Positions 16,043 through 24,588 of a DNA stretch of 32,000 nt are shown piece by piece. The first letter of the stretch is position 1, and each line of letters opens with the position of its first letter. The notes under the pieces are model-generated. The model saw nothing but the letters and a program-made list of their open reading frames with translations, was not told where the DNA came from and made no database searches. A program made the position numbers and the translations under genes. This DNA comes from Coprobacillaceae bacterium. Lineage in GTDB: Bacteria; Bacillota_I; Bacilli_A; Erysipelotrichales; Coprobacillaceae. The DNA lies in contig OY776328.1 of the NCBI GenBank assembly GCA_963675515.1, forward strand, positions 1,170,001-1,202,000, given 5' to 3'.

Positions 16043-16205
16043 GGCTAAAGGTGATAATTTGGAAAATCATTTCACGATGATGTGTTAGTAAGGTAATGCT
16101 AAAAAGGGGTTGATCATATTCCACAATAGTACAATATCCGTATATTTGAAATGGTTCTAAAATGAGGTGAGAATTCATAAAATAATTAAAAGAGAGGCTT
16201 TAAGC

Positions 16206-17090
16206 ATGAGTAAAAAGTTGAAAATTACGGCTGCTATCATAGCGTTGGCCGCTGTAGGTATAGGTACTTATAGTTTGAATGTAGTTAATAAAGATTATTT
16301 GGTTATCCCGGAACAAGAATTAGTAAAGGCTGTGGAATTTGGAAACCCTATTTCTACAGATGTATTAGATTATATTGATCAGGCAGGATTGTCAGAAAAT
16401 AGGATAACTGACATCGTTGATAATTCTGTAGTTGATGTGAATGCACCGGCCGAAAAAGAATATCCTGATGTTGGTGAGTATATCGTCACAATAAATTACG
16501 AAGACGAACAAGAAAACGTTTTGATCAATGTGGTTGATACAACAAATCCTATTGTTAAAGTGGATGTGATTACCTTAGATTTCGGTACTGATCTTACTAA
16601 GTATGACTTTAACAAATACGTTACCGTTGATGATCTTTCAAAGACAACAACTACATTTGACTACAGCGGTATTGATACCAGCAAGGCCGGTAAATATACC
16701 CTGAAAGTCAGTGTTAAGGACACTAGCGACAATGAAACTACTGGTAAATACAGTGTAACTGTTAAAGAAAAAGTGGTTGCACAAGCTGCTGAATCTTCAA
16801 CAAAAAGCAGTACTTCATCAAGTAGCACAACAAGCGGTACAACAAAGAAAAGCACTACAAGTAGCAGTTCATCAAGCAGTAGTAGTACAACAAAAGAAAG
16901 TACTACACCAAGCGGTGGTAGCAGTTCATCGTCAAGTTCACAATCAAACGGTAGCAGTACCGCTGACGATAGTGAATCATCATCGAACACATTGATTTAC
17001 GATGGAGAAAAAATAGCAGAAGGAAAGATTAATGAATCCAATACATGGGAAGAATATGAAGATTTTTCTTGGCCGGATTCTTGGGATTAA
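16206..17090 (+). CDS. Membrane-anchored surface protein with Ig-like (DUF5011/Big-type) domains and a Ser/Thr-rich stalk
   Basis: The ORF is trimmed to the ATG at 16206 (MSKKLKITAAIIALAAVGIG signal/anchor). The segments YIVTINYEDEQENVLINVVDTTNPIV and GKYTLKVSVKDTSDNETTGKYSVTV are typical of bacterial Ig-like domains. A long S/T-rich tract is encoded from ~16795 to 16960. Confidence 0.8.
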   Translation: MSKKLKITAAIIALAAVGIGTYSLNVVNKDYLVIPEQELVKAVEFGNPISTDVLDYIDQAGLSENRITDIVDNSVVDVNAPAEKEYPDVGEYIVTINYEDEQENVLINVVDTTNPIVKVDVITLDFGTDLTKYDFNKYVTVDDLSKTTTTFDYSGIDTSKAGKYTLKVSVKDTSDNETTGKYSVTVKEKVVAQAAESSTKSSTSSSSTTSGTTKKSTTSSSSSSSSSTTKESTTPSGGSSSSSSSQSNGSSTADDSESSSNTLIYDGEKIAEGKINESNTWEEYEDFSWPDSWD

Positions 17091-17099
17091 TATTTTATT

Positions 17100-17123
17100 A
17101 AGGACAGATTCTGTCCTTTTTTA
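17100..17123 (+). terminator. Rho-independent terminator between the two surface protein genes
   Basis: AAGGACAG (17100-17107) pairs with CTGTCCTT (17111-17118) and is followed by a T-run. Confidence 0.6.
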
Positions 17124-17138
17124 TTTGGAGGAAAAAAT

Positions 17139-19994
17139 ATGAGAGAATTCAAAATATTCAAAAAATTTATATTTATGTTTTCGTTGGCATTGATGTTGCT
17201 TGGAACAATGAGTACAGATGTCTATGCAGCTTCAAGTATTACGTATAATGGAAAAGTCACTTCAACATACACAACAGCCGGGGATTTTACCGTTGATGGT
17301 CAGCAGGCATTTTGTATTGAGCACGAAAAATCTACAGCTGGAACTAGAACACCTATACTTGGAACAGAGATATATTCAAATGAAATCTTTAGAAAGGCAC
17401 TTTACTATGGTTGGAGCGGGGCTGGACAATGGAGCGGTTTTACATCACGATCTGACGGTATTGTGGCTACATCATTGGTTTTGTCGCACATTTATAATGG
17501 TACAGATATCAAACACGATTCCCAAGCATTTTGGGATTTTTTGCAGACAGCACCAAACGTGCCGTCGACATTTTTAAAGCTTTCAGATTCAAATTTAAAG
17601 TCATATGTATCAGGAAGTTATCAAAGGACAGAAGATACAAGACTGACAGCGATTGGTGTTACTGGTAATGGTAGTGTTACATTCCCATTACCAAGTGGAA
17701 TTACTTTAGTGAACGTTTCAACCGGAAAAACCTATACCGGTAGTGCTACCATCGGCAATGATGAGAAGTTTTATCTTAGGGCTCCGCTATCATACAGTGG
17801 CAATTATGACAGCGGAACACTATCAGGAAATAATATTTTTAAATTTCAAGCTTTAATATTCAAAACTTCCGCAAGTGTTCAAAATTTAGCAATAGGAAAG
17901 CCGATTTTTGACCCGACTGTTACAGTCAGATTAACCGCTGAATTTGCAGCTCAATTAGGGTCAATCAGTGTTACAAAATCATTAAGCAGTGCCGATAGTG
18001 AAAAGGCAACAGTATCCGGTGCCGTTTATGGTTTATATGCAAAAAACAATATCTCAAACGGAACATCAGTAATCTACAATGCCGGTGCATTGATTGAATC
18101 AAAGACTACTGATAGCCTTGGAAAACTGACTTACAGCAATCTTTATGCAGGTAACTATTACGTAAAAGAAATTACAGCCCCTGCATACACTAATTTGAAC
18201 AGCACTCAATATGACGTTACGCTTTCATATTCAGGTAGCATGGACGTAGATGTATCAACAAGTAATGATATCCAAAGAAACAGCGTATCTATTTCAAAGG
18301 TTGATGTTGCAGGGGAAGAAATTCCGGGAGCAACAATGACCCTGATTGATGAAGGAGGAAATACCATCGATGAATGGGTTTCAACTAATGAGGTTCATGT
18401 GATCAGTGGATTGCCAGTAGGAAATACTTATACCTTGAAAGAGGAACTTGCACCACATGGTTATTTAATCGCTAGTGATATCACTTTTACAGTGGGGACA
18501 GATAACCAGGTAATTGAAATGATTGACACTCAACCTGCAGGTACTATCAATCTGACAAAATCATTAAGCAGAAGTGACAGCGAAAAAGCTACACCATTCG
18601 GAGCTGAATATTCTTTATTTTCAAGTGCTGATGAACTGATTGCAACAAAAATAACAGATGAAAACGGTAAGTTATCTTTTGAGGGATTGCCACTAGGTGA
18701 TTACTATGTTCAAGAAACAAAAGCGCCTGCATATACAATCCTGAATGGCAAACAATACAACGTGTCTTTGGCTTATCAAGATCAAAATACCGCAGTAGTC
18801 TTTGAAGAATTGGCAACTAGAAATGATGTAGTGACTAAAGATTTGTCAATTTCTAAAGTTGATGTTGCCGCTGATGAGATTGTCGGAGCGACAATGGAGC
18901 TTTACGATAACAACGGTGATTTGATGGTTACATGGGTTTCAACTGATAAGCCTTATATCTTGGGTAATGTTCCAATCGGGAATACTTATACCTTGAAAGA
19001 AACAATCGCCCCTAATGGTTATGTGTTATCGACTCAAGAAATCACCTTCACAGTTCTTGATGATGGGAATATTGAACAGTCTGTAGAAATGATCGATAAG
19101 GTTGTAAGCATCTCGAAAACCAATCTTACTGGTGAAAAGGAATTAGCCGGAGCTACATTGCAAGTCGTTGATGTTGACGGAAACGTTGTTGACGAATGGG
19201 TTTCAACTGACGAAGCACATAACGTTTCAGGATTGATTGAAGGTAATGATTATTCGTTGGTTGAAGTTGTTGCCCCAGAGGGATATGTATTGTCTACTGA
19301 CAGTATTGATTTCACCGTTTCAAATGATAAGGAAGATCAATACATCGTTATGAAGGATAATTACGTTGCCGTATCAAAAGAAGAAGACAACGGAACTAAA
19401 GTAAGCGGAGCTACAATGCAAGTTCTTGATGTTGATGGTATCGTTGTTGACGAATGGGTTTCAAGTGATGAAGTTCATTATGTATCAGGATTGACTGTTG
19501 CCGGTGAATACACATTGCATGAAGCACAAGCGCCTAAAGGTTACTTGCTTGCTGAAGATATGACTTTCACCGTGGATACCATCGATTCTGTAATCACCAT
19601 GATTGATGATTACACTAAAGTGACAGTCACCAAATATGACATCACAAACAATAAGGAATTGGAAGGAGCTAAACTACAGGTAATAGATTCTCAAGGGAAT
19701 ATCGTTGATGAATGGATTTCTACCAAAGATCAACACTTGATCAAATACCTTGAAATCGGGCAGACATATACCTTAAGAGAAACAATCTCCCCTAAAGGTT
19801 ATTCAATCTCTCAAGATGTCAAATTTACGGTAACTGAAACCGGAGTTGAACAACCGATCGCAATGTATGATGAATTATTGCCGGTGTCTATTATGAAAAC
19901 CGGTGATGAATCACCAGTCTTGTTATTCACTGGTTTGGGAGTAGTTTCATTGGCTACCTTGATTTTTGTATCGAGAAAGAAAAATGAGGAATAG
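17139..19994 (+). CDS. Large cell-surface adhesin with prealbumin-like (SpaA/Cna-B type) repeats and a C-terminal sorting-signal-like tail
   Basis: 951 aa. The signal peptide ends ..STDVYA. Two repeats are of the type SVTKSLS.ADSEKAT..GA.Y.L......YYV.E..AP.Y. Five repeats are of the type SISKVD..G.E..GATM...D..GN.VDEWVST.E.H..SGL..G..YTL.E..AP.GY......ITFTV. The C-terminus is IMKTGD, then a hydrophobic helix, then RKKNEE. Confidence 0.9.
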   Translation: MREFKIFKKFIFMFSLALMLLGTMSTDVYAASSITYNGKVTSTYTTAGDFTVDGQQAFCIEHEKSTAGTRTPILGTEIYSNEIFRKALYYGWSGAGQWSGFTSRSDGIVATSLVLSHIYNGTDIKHDSQAFWDFLQTAPNVPSTFLKLSDSNLKSYVSGSYQRTEDTRLTAIGVTGNGSVTFPLPSGITLVNVSTGKTYTGSATIGNDEKFYLRAPLSYSGNYDSGTLSGNNIFKFQALIFKTSASVQNLAIGKPIFDPTVTVRLTAEFAAQLGSISVTKSLSSADSEKATVSGAVYGLYAKNNISNGTSVIYNAGALIESKTTDSLGKLTYSNLYAGNYYVKEITAPAYTNLNSTQYDVTLSYSGSMDVDVSTSNDIQRNSVSISKVDVAGEEIPGATMTLIDEGGNTIDEWVSTNEVHVISGLPVGNTYTLKEELAPHGYLIASDITFTVGTDNQVIEMIDTQPAGTINLTKSLSRSDSEKATPFGAEYSLFSSADELIATKITDENGKLSFEGLPLGDYYVQETKAPAYTILNGKQYNVSLAYQDQNTAVVFEELATRNDVVTKDLSISKVDVAADEIVGATMELYDNNGDLMVTWVSTDKPYILGNVPIGNTYTLKETIAPNGYVLSTQEITFTVLDDGNIEQSVEMIDKVVSISKTNLTGEKELAGATLQVVDVDGNVVDEWVSTDEAHNVSGLIEGNDYSLVEVVAPEGYVLSTDSIDFTVSNDKEDQYIVMKDNYVAVSKEEDNGTKVSGATMQVLDVDGIVVDEWVSSDEVHYVSGLTVAGEYTLHEAQAPKGYLLAEDMTFTVDTIDSVITMIDDYTKVTVTKYDITNNKELEGAKLQVIDSQGNIVDEWISTKDQHLIKYLEIGQTYTLRETISPKGYSISQDVKFTVTETGVEQPIAMYDELLPVSIMKTGDESPVLLFTGLGVVSLATLIFVSRKKNEE
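18283..19875 (+). repeat. Diverged tandem coding repeats (about 85-90 codons each) inside the adhesin gene
   Basis: Five VDEWVS-type units, with one SVTKSLS-type unit interleaved, are visible in the translated sequence. Confidence 0.7.
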
Positions 19995-20021
19995 GCTAAA
20001 GGAAAATTAATACCTAAATGT

Positions 20022-20045
20022 AAAGGTGGCAAAATTACCACCTTC
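20022..20045. repeat. 24-bp palindrome, copy B (AAAGGTGGCAAAATTACCACCTTC, 2 mismatches)
   Basis: It begins 27 nt after the adhesin stop codon and forms the first of a tandem pair. Confidence 0.8.
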
Positions 20046-20067
20046 TAAAAACTAAAAGAAGATATGC

Positions 20068-20091
20068 AAGGGTGGCAAAATTGCCACCTTT
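20068..20091. repeat. 24-bp palindrome, copy C (AAGGGTGGCAAAATTGCCACCTTT)
   Basis: It starts 46 bp downstream of the start of copy B and ends 29 nt before the ssb ATG. Confidence 0.85.
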
Positions 20092-20120
20092 ACCATTTTA
20101 AGAAAAAGGAGCAATCAAAA

Positions 20121-20498
20121 ATGAATATTGTGGCATTGACCGGACGACTTGGAGCTGACCCGGTAATCAATAATTACAAGAATGAAAATAATGAGGACGG
20201 TGAGATCATCTATTTCGATCTTGCGGTAAATTCGTATGGTGGCGGTGAGGAACATACCGAGTGGATACACTGCAAGGCCTGGAACAAGACCGCCAAGAAT
20301 TTCGTTGATGTAGCCAAACGAGGCGATCTTATAGAAATCGAGGGAGCTATCAGAAATGACCGCTACACTAAAGATGATGTTCAAATAGATAAGACGTTTG
20401 TGATTGTAAAGCGGTTCTGGGTGTACAAGAAAAATACTGATAATCCGGGTATGAATAAAACGGAAGTAGCAAAGGAGCAAGACAAGGAGGAATTTTAA
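20121..20498 (+). CDS. ssb: Single-stranded DNA-binding protein
   Basis: The ORF is trimmed to the ATG at 20121, with the SD AAAGGAG. The OB-fold opening is MNIVALTGRLGADPV, followed by ...WIHCKAWNKTAKN... and a short acidic tail ..KEEF. Confidence 0.9.
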   Translation: MNIVALTGRLGADPVINNYKNENNEDGEIIYFDLAVNSYGGGEEHTEWIHCKAWNKTAKNFVDVAKRGDLIEIEGAIRNDRYTKDDVQIDKTFVIVKRFWVYKKNTDNPGMNKTEVAKEQDKEEF

Positions 20499-21142
20499 TG
20501 GATATTCAATTTCGAACAGATCAACACAGGGAAGCCTACAAAGAATATATGCTTAAATCGAGGATAGATGACAGTTATCATCGAAGTTTGTTTTATACGT
20601 TGGCGATTGATGATGAGTGCCGGAAGCATATTAATGGGATATATGACTTTGAAAATCAGTGCATAATACCTGAAAGCCTAAGCAATCAATGGCAAACTAA
20701 TAGCTCGTTTAAGACGGAATTATTGGCTTTCAATTTATATAATGGATATATAGATGAGGAAGTGCCTGAATTATCATCTCCTTTTGAATTGTTTGCTTGT
20801 AACTATGGTGAATATTTCAGTGAGGCAATCAAGATCAGATTTAAAGACTATTGCAATGAAAAGGAATTGCCCGAATATGAATGTTCATCAATTCCTGTTA
20901 TCGAGATTGATTCAAAACTCGCAAATGACATTGTGGAGGCCCACTCACAAAAGAGGCAGCGTTCACCCGGTAGATACCTGGTTGAGGAATATGGCAGTTG
21001 GACGGCGATTGATGATTCAACTCATAATTGTTGGGTTGAAGTATTCCCGGACAAGCAGACCGCTACCGATTGGCTAAACCACAAATTTGAGATTGACGAA
21101 TACCTGGAACAAAAAGAAAAGTCCAACCAGAAATCAAGATAA
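20498..21142 (+). CDS. Hypothetical conjugative-element protein (N-terminal region DUF6075-like)
   Basis: 214 aa. The start overlaps the ssb stop (TAATG). The pattern ..HREAY.EYM......D.YHRSLFYTLAIDDECRKHI..IYDF...........WQT.SS.K...LAFNLYNG matches what I recall of DUF6075. The C-terminal ..YGSWTAIDDSTHNCWVEVFPDKQTATDWL module is unassigned. Confidence 0.7.
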   Translation: MDIQFRTDQHREAYKEYMLKSRIDDSYHRSLFYTLAIDDECRKHINGIYDFENQCIIPESLSNQWQTNSSFKTELLAFNLYNGYIDEEVPELSSPFELFACNYGEYFSEAIKIRFKDYCNEKELPEYECSSIPVIEIDSKLANDIVEAHSQKRQRSPGRYLVEEYGSWTAIDDSTHNCWVEVFPDKQTATDWLNHKFEIDEYLEQKEKSNQKSR

Positions 21143-21424
21143 ATGGAACTAAAAGTCGGGTGTTGGATAACTATCAATCTTAATGAACGAGATGAGCGGG
21201 CTTTGGTATTATGTATTAAAAAGGAATCCCTGGTTATTATGCTAAAAAATCATTATATTGTAGTTTTTAATTGGAGTGTGATTGATGATAGGATTGTCTG
21301 GGAATACGGTAAACGATTTGATGATTTTATGGAAATGTCAGAATACGTTGTTGAAAAATCTAGCTATCTTAAACATTTCGATAGTGTATTGAATGGTCAA
21401 AAAAAGAGTGGATCACCTAAATAG
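21143..21424 (+). CDS. Hypothetical protein (93 aa), paralogous to the N-terminus of the 21689 ORF
   Basis: It starts directly after the preceding stop codon. It shares MELKVG......IVW.(Y/H)G..FDDF...SEY with the product of 21689-22417. Confidence 0.7.
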   Translation: MELKVGCWITINLNERDERALVLCIKKESLVIMLKNHYIVVFNWSVIDDRIVWEYGKRFDDFMEMSEYVVEKSSYLKHFDSVLNGQKKSGSPK

Positions 21425-21443
21425 ACAGGAAGGAGATTTGAAA

Positions 21444-21656
21444 ATGGAACAAACGATAGCAGTAGGTGTTGGTTATAATTTCGCACTGGTAGACAGCGAG
21501 AAGACATCAAACATAGATTTAACCCAAACCGGGGTCTGTGTCAAAGTAGATGGCATTGAATATCCTCTATACAAAGCAACTACTTATAGGAATCAAGAAA
21601 AGCAGATGAGCTGCTTGACCGGTATGGGGAATATCCAATCAATGATTGCAGGATGA
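21444..21656 (+). CDS. Hypothetical protein (70 aa)
   Basis: The ORF is trimmed to the ATG at 21444, which is preceded by the SD GGAAGGAG. Confidence 0.55.
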   Translation: MEQTIAVGVGYNFALVDSEKTSNIDLTQTGVCVKVDGIEYPLYKATTYRNQEKQMSCLTGMGNIQSMIAG

Positions 21657-21688
21657 AATCAAAACTACAAGAAGGGAGATCGAGATAA

Positions 21689-22417
21689 ATGGAACTCAAA
21701 GTCGGTGATGTTGTAAAAACTTATGCCAGTGAACAAGCGATGATTCTCAATGTCGAAGATGGCTATGCCGTACTTATACAAAATAATGAGTATGTCATTG
21801 CCAATGGTTACAGCGAATATGATGGTAAGATAGTTTGGGATCATGGCAATTACTTTGATGATTTTACCAGTCTGTCAGAGTACATTACCAAAAATTACAT
21901 AACCAAAGATTCAAAGAAAATGTTGTCATTTCTAATTGACGTAGGTAAAGACAATTACGATGAACTGATCAAGGGATTCATGGCTTATGAACTTGACGTT
22001 GAAAACAAATATGCTTTAGACAAGGCTTTTGAACATATGATCAGGTTCGATGATTGTATCAATTTTGAAAATTCAAGTGAGTACATATATGATAATGTTA
22101 GGCCGGTTATCAACCATTATGTCAAAGAATTGGTCGAAACCATTAAGGAGTTAGACCCTTACGAATATATGGATCGCCAAACCAAGACTGTTGAGGAACT
22201 GTGTCAAGATTACTTTGACGATATCATTCATAACCGAAAACAAGAAATAATTTCCGGTATCGACAACATGATCAGCTTGTACCGGGAAGAAAACGAAGTT
22301 GACGACACCATCAAAAAACTGGAAAAGCTAAAAGAAGATTTGAGTGATGATTATTTTGAACCTTACAAAATATCAATGGAGAAAGCAAAATCAAAAGAAT
22401 CATCATATGAGAGATAG
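21689..22417 (+). CDS. Hypothetical protein (242 aa) with an N-terminal MELKVG-type domain and an acidic helical C-terminal extension
   Basis: The SD is GGGAGA. Both the DNA around the start (AGATAAATGGAACT[A/C]AAAGTCGG) and the protein N-terminus are paralogous to 21143-21424. Confidence 0.75.
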   Translation: MELKVGDVVKTYASEQAMILNVEDGYAVLIQNNEYVIANGYSEYDGKIVWDHGNYFDDFTSLSEYITKNYITKDSKKMLSFLIDVGKDNYDELIKGFMAYELDVENKYALDKAFEHMIRFDDCINFENSSEYIYDNVRPVINHYVKELVETIKELDPYEYMDRQTKTVEELCQDYFDDIIHNRKQEIISGIDNMISLYREENEVDDTIKKLEKLKEDLSDDYFEPYKISMEKAKSKESSYER

Positions 22418-22509
22418 AAAAGGAGAACTGTTTACATTAACGATTATATGTTTTGAATGACCATATAGCACAGGATGAAAATTTAAGTAGAGATATTTGT
22501 AAATATGGT

Positions 22510-22620
22510 GGCTCAAAAACCCAACTAATTTCTACATTTCAGATAGGATTTCTCTTTTTCGCAAACCAAAAGAGAAGCACCTGTGTTTTATTGTCATACA
22601 TAATTGTTTTAGAATTGAGG
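22510..22620 (+). repeat. ~110-nt intergenic direct repeat, copy 2
   Basis: See the entry for 15348-15457. This copy is not followed by a gene, and the tracked ORF 22453-22662 across it looks spurious. Confidence 0.65.
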
Positions 22621-22911
22621 TATTTCATAAAATATAATGTAAATAGCATGCGCTTACCATAATTGATGTTGTGTGAAAACGTATATAATGTGAAACTTAC
22701 TTTCATTATTTTGTGGTACAAAAGAAAAAAAGTGAAACATAATTATATAATTAGGAACAAAGTTGAATATATATTTGCTGTAGTATATAATCAAGCCGTG
22801 ATGAATCAAAAGTGATGCGAATTAGATTCGAAACTTAGTTGCATTAGTTTGATTGAACAACTGATATTGTTTATTATATAACTTTATTTATATGGGAATG
22901 GAGATGAATGT

Positions 22912-23649
22912 ATGAATGCATTGGCAAGTGACTTGGATGGAACATTAATATTTAAGGAAATTGAAGGTGGTTTCAAGCAGGATGACATTAATTCAGTCAA
23001 AGAGTATCAAAGACTTGGGTGCTTATTTGGGCTCTGTACAGGAAGACCGTATAGCGGTGTTGTACGCGGTACCATAGATTTTGATTTCTACGTTGTGAGC
23101 AGTGGTGCGCTAATTGTAGACCGCGATGGGAACACTATATATGAGAAATCTATAAATTATGAAACAATGAGAAGTATTTATCGTGATTACAATGATGTGG
23201 TGCATGTATATATTCAGGCTGATAGAAAAATGTTTACAACAAAGAAAGGTCGTTTTCCAATTGAACAGACGCTATTTAAAAACATTGAAGAATTGGTAGA
23301 TCACTCCATTCAAGGAGTTTCAATGGATGCCATGACTGAAGAAAATGCTTGTAAGGTTGCTCACTCAATAAATGAAAAATATGGAGAACATGTCGAAGCA
23401 TTTCAGAATGTGCGCTGTGTAGATGTTGTAAAAAAAGGTTGTTCCAAAGGAGCTGCTTTGACTTTTTTTAAGAATATGATGAATATTGAAGAGATGAGTG
23501 GTATAGGTGACTCATTCAATGATGTCCCAATGTTGGAACACGTTGATTTTGGTTTTACTTTTCCTTATGCTCCCCAGGAAGTGAAAAAACATGCGGACTA
23601 TCTAGTTGAATCTGTTTCAGAGGCTATTACAATTCTAATGAAAAAATAA
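22912..23649 (+). CDS. HAD-superfamily hydrolase, Cof-type (HAD-IIB) phosphatase
   Basis: 245 aa with motif I (SDLDGTL) and motif IV (GIGDSFNDVPMLE). The cap region in between is typical of Cof-like sugar phosphatases. Confidence 0.9.
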   Translation: MNALASDLDGTLIFKEIEGGFKQDDINSVKEYQRLGCLFGLCTGRPYSGVVRGTIDFDFYVVSSGALIVDRDGNTIYEKSINYETMRSIYRDYNDVVHVYIQADRKMFTTKKGRFPIEQTLFKNIEELVDHSIQGVSMDAMTEENACKVAHSINEKYGEHVEAFQNVRCVDVVKKGCSKGAALTFFKNMMNIEEMSGIGDSFNDVPMLEHVDFGFTFPYAPQEVKKHADYLVESVSEAITILMKK

Positions 23650-23821
23650 ATATTATGTTATAAATCCATTGTTGCCACAAATCAAGTGCTCTCTCCATTT
23701 AGATATAGAACAATTGATTATGAAACTTAATTAATAGTGATTTACCGTTTTATAATGCTCTCTACTATTAAAATGCAATTTCAATTTTTATTCTTGTATA
23801 CATCTTTTCTGCAGCTATATT

Positions 23822-24036
23822 GCAACCAACGTTATATTCACAACCTGCCCTTATGATAATTCGCCAATGGAACGCTATTTCAACACTTTTAAAAACGAAT
23901 ATCTAAGGATATTTACATTTAAAACTATAAGCGAGCTATATCAAGGAATTAGTGAATTTAGCTACGTAAAATATAATCTCTAGAGGCCGCATTCATTAAA
24001 TTGTGGTTTGCCACCAAGTATAGATCGATATGCAAT
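23822..24036 (+). pseudogene. IS3-family transposase C-terminal remnant (integrase-core end)
   Basis: The frame reads ..CPYDNSPMERYFNTFKNEYLRIFTFKTISELYQGISEFSYVKYNL*RPHSLNCGLPPSIDRY. This is the conserved DNxxxExxF..lK.E...........i..yi.fYN..RPH end of IS3 transposases, with an in-frame TAG. No upstream catalytic region is present. Confidence 0.6.
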
Positions 24037-24362
24037 ATATAACTTCATACCTTGGTTTTACAATTTTGCTTGACTAGAAAACTTGTGAAAGAAAAGCATG
24101 AAGATTATGTGGGAATATACGAACTGGATATTACAGAAGATGATGGAAGCAAATGCGTTGTTGGAGAAATATTTGAATTAACTTCGAGTACAATTCGTTT
24201 TTTTGAAGATAACAATGCAATGTTCAGGAAGTAACGTAATGGATAAAGTAAAACGATACATTAGAGAATCGACACAAGTGACCAAAAAGCAAATATCCAG
24301 CGTTTTAAATTTATCGGAACCTTATTTTGCACGTAGCTGAGGCATGTGGCCTGTCAAATTAA

Positions 24363-24521
24363 ATGATATATATAATGATCAAAATAGTGATCAAAGCAAC
24401 TATTTTTGTTTTATTGTTATGCTTGGTAGTATATCTGGCCTATGGTTCATTATTGTTACTTATTGTTGGTGGTACGGTACATGGAGTATATATTGATCAA
24501 GTATTTCCGCAGTGGCAATAA
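24363..24521 (+). CDS. Possible small membrane protein (52 aa); not in the ORF track
   Basis: My translation is MIYIMIKIVIKATIFVLLLCLVVYLAYGSLLLLIVGGTVHGVYIDQVFPQWQ. It lies at the head of the T4SS gene run, but I see no clear SD. Confidence 0.3.
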   Translation: MIYIMIKIVIKATIFVLLLCLVVYLAYGSLLLLIVGGTVHGVYIDQVFPQWQ

Positions 24522-24588
24522 AGTTTAAAACGACAATGATGGTATGCAAGATATTGAAATGAACGAAAAATAAGAAGGATAGTGAAAT

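Noticed and set aside
16047-16062. A possible sixth, degenerate palindrome copy (AAAGGTGATAATTTGG) just after the stop of the 15749 ORF. The context GGCTAAAGG also occurs after the adhesin stop.
   Set aside because: Only the left arm is partly preserved and no complementary right arm exists, so this is too weak to call.
17139-17900. Calling the adhesin N-terminal domain a bona fide Cys-Gln thioester domain.
   Set aside because: Only the Cys-containing FCIEH-like motif is visible. The conserved TQxA(I/V)W Gln motif is not present, so the call is left as an open question in the findings.
22453-22662. A 69-aa ORF (with the antisense ORF 22539-22721) covering intergenic repeat copy 2, and ORFs 15403-15642(-) and 15479-15676(-) covering copy 1.
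   Set aside because: The two repeat copies are not conserved in a codon-like pattern, because indels break the frame between them. The minus-strand ORFs also overlap the better-supported Cys-rich gene on the plus strand.
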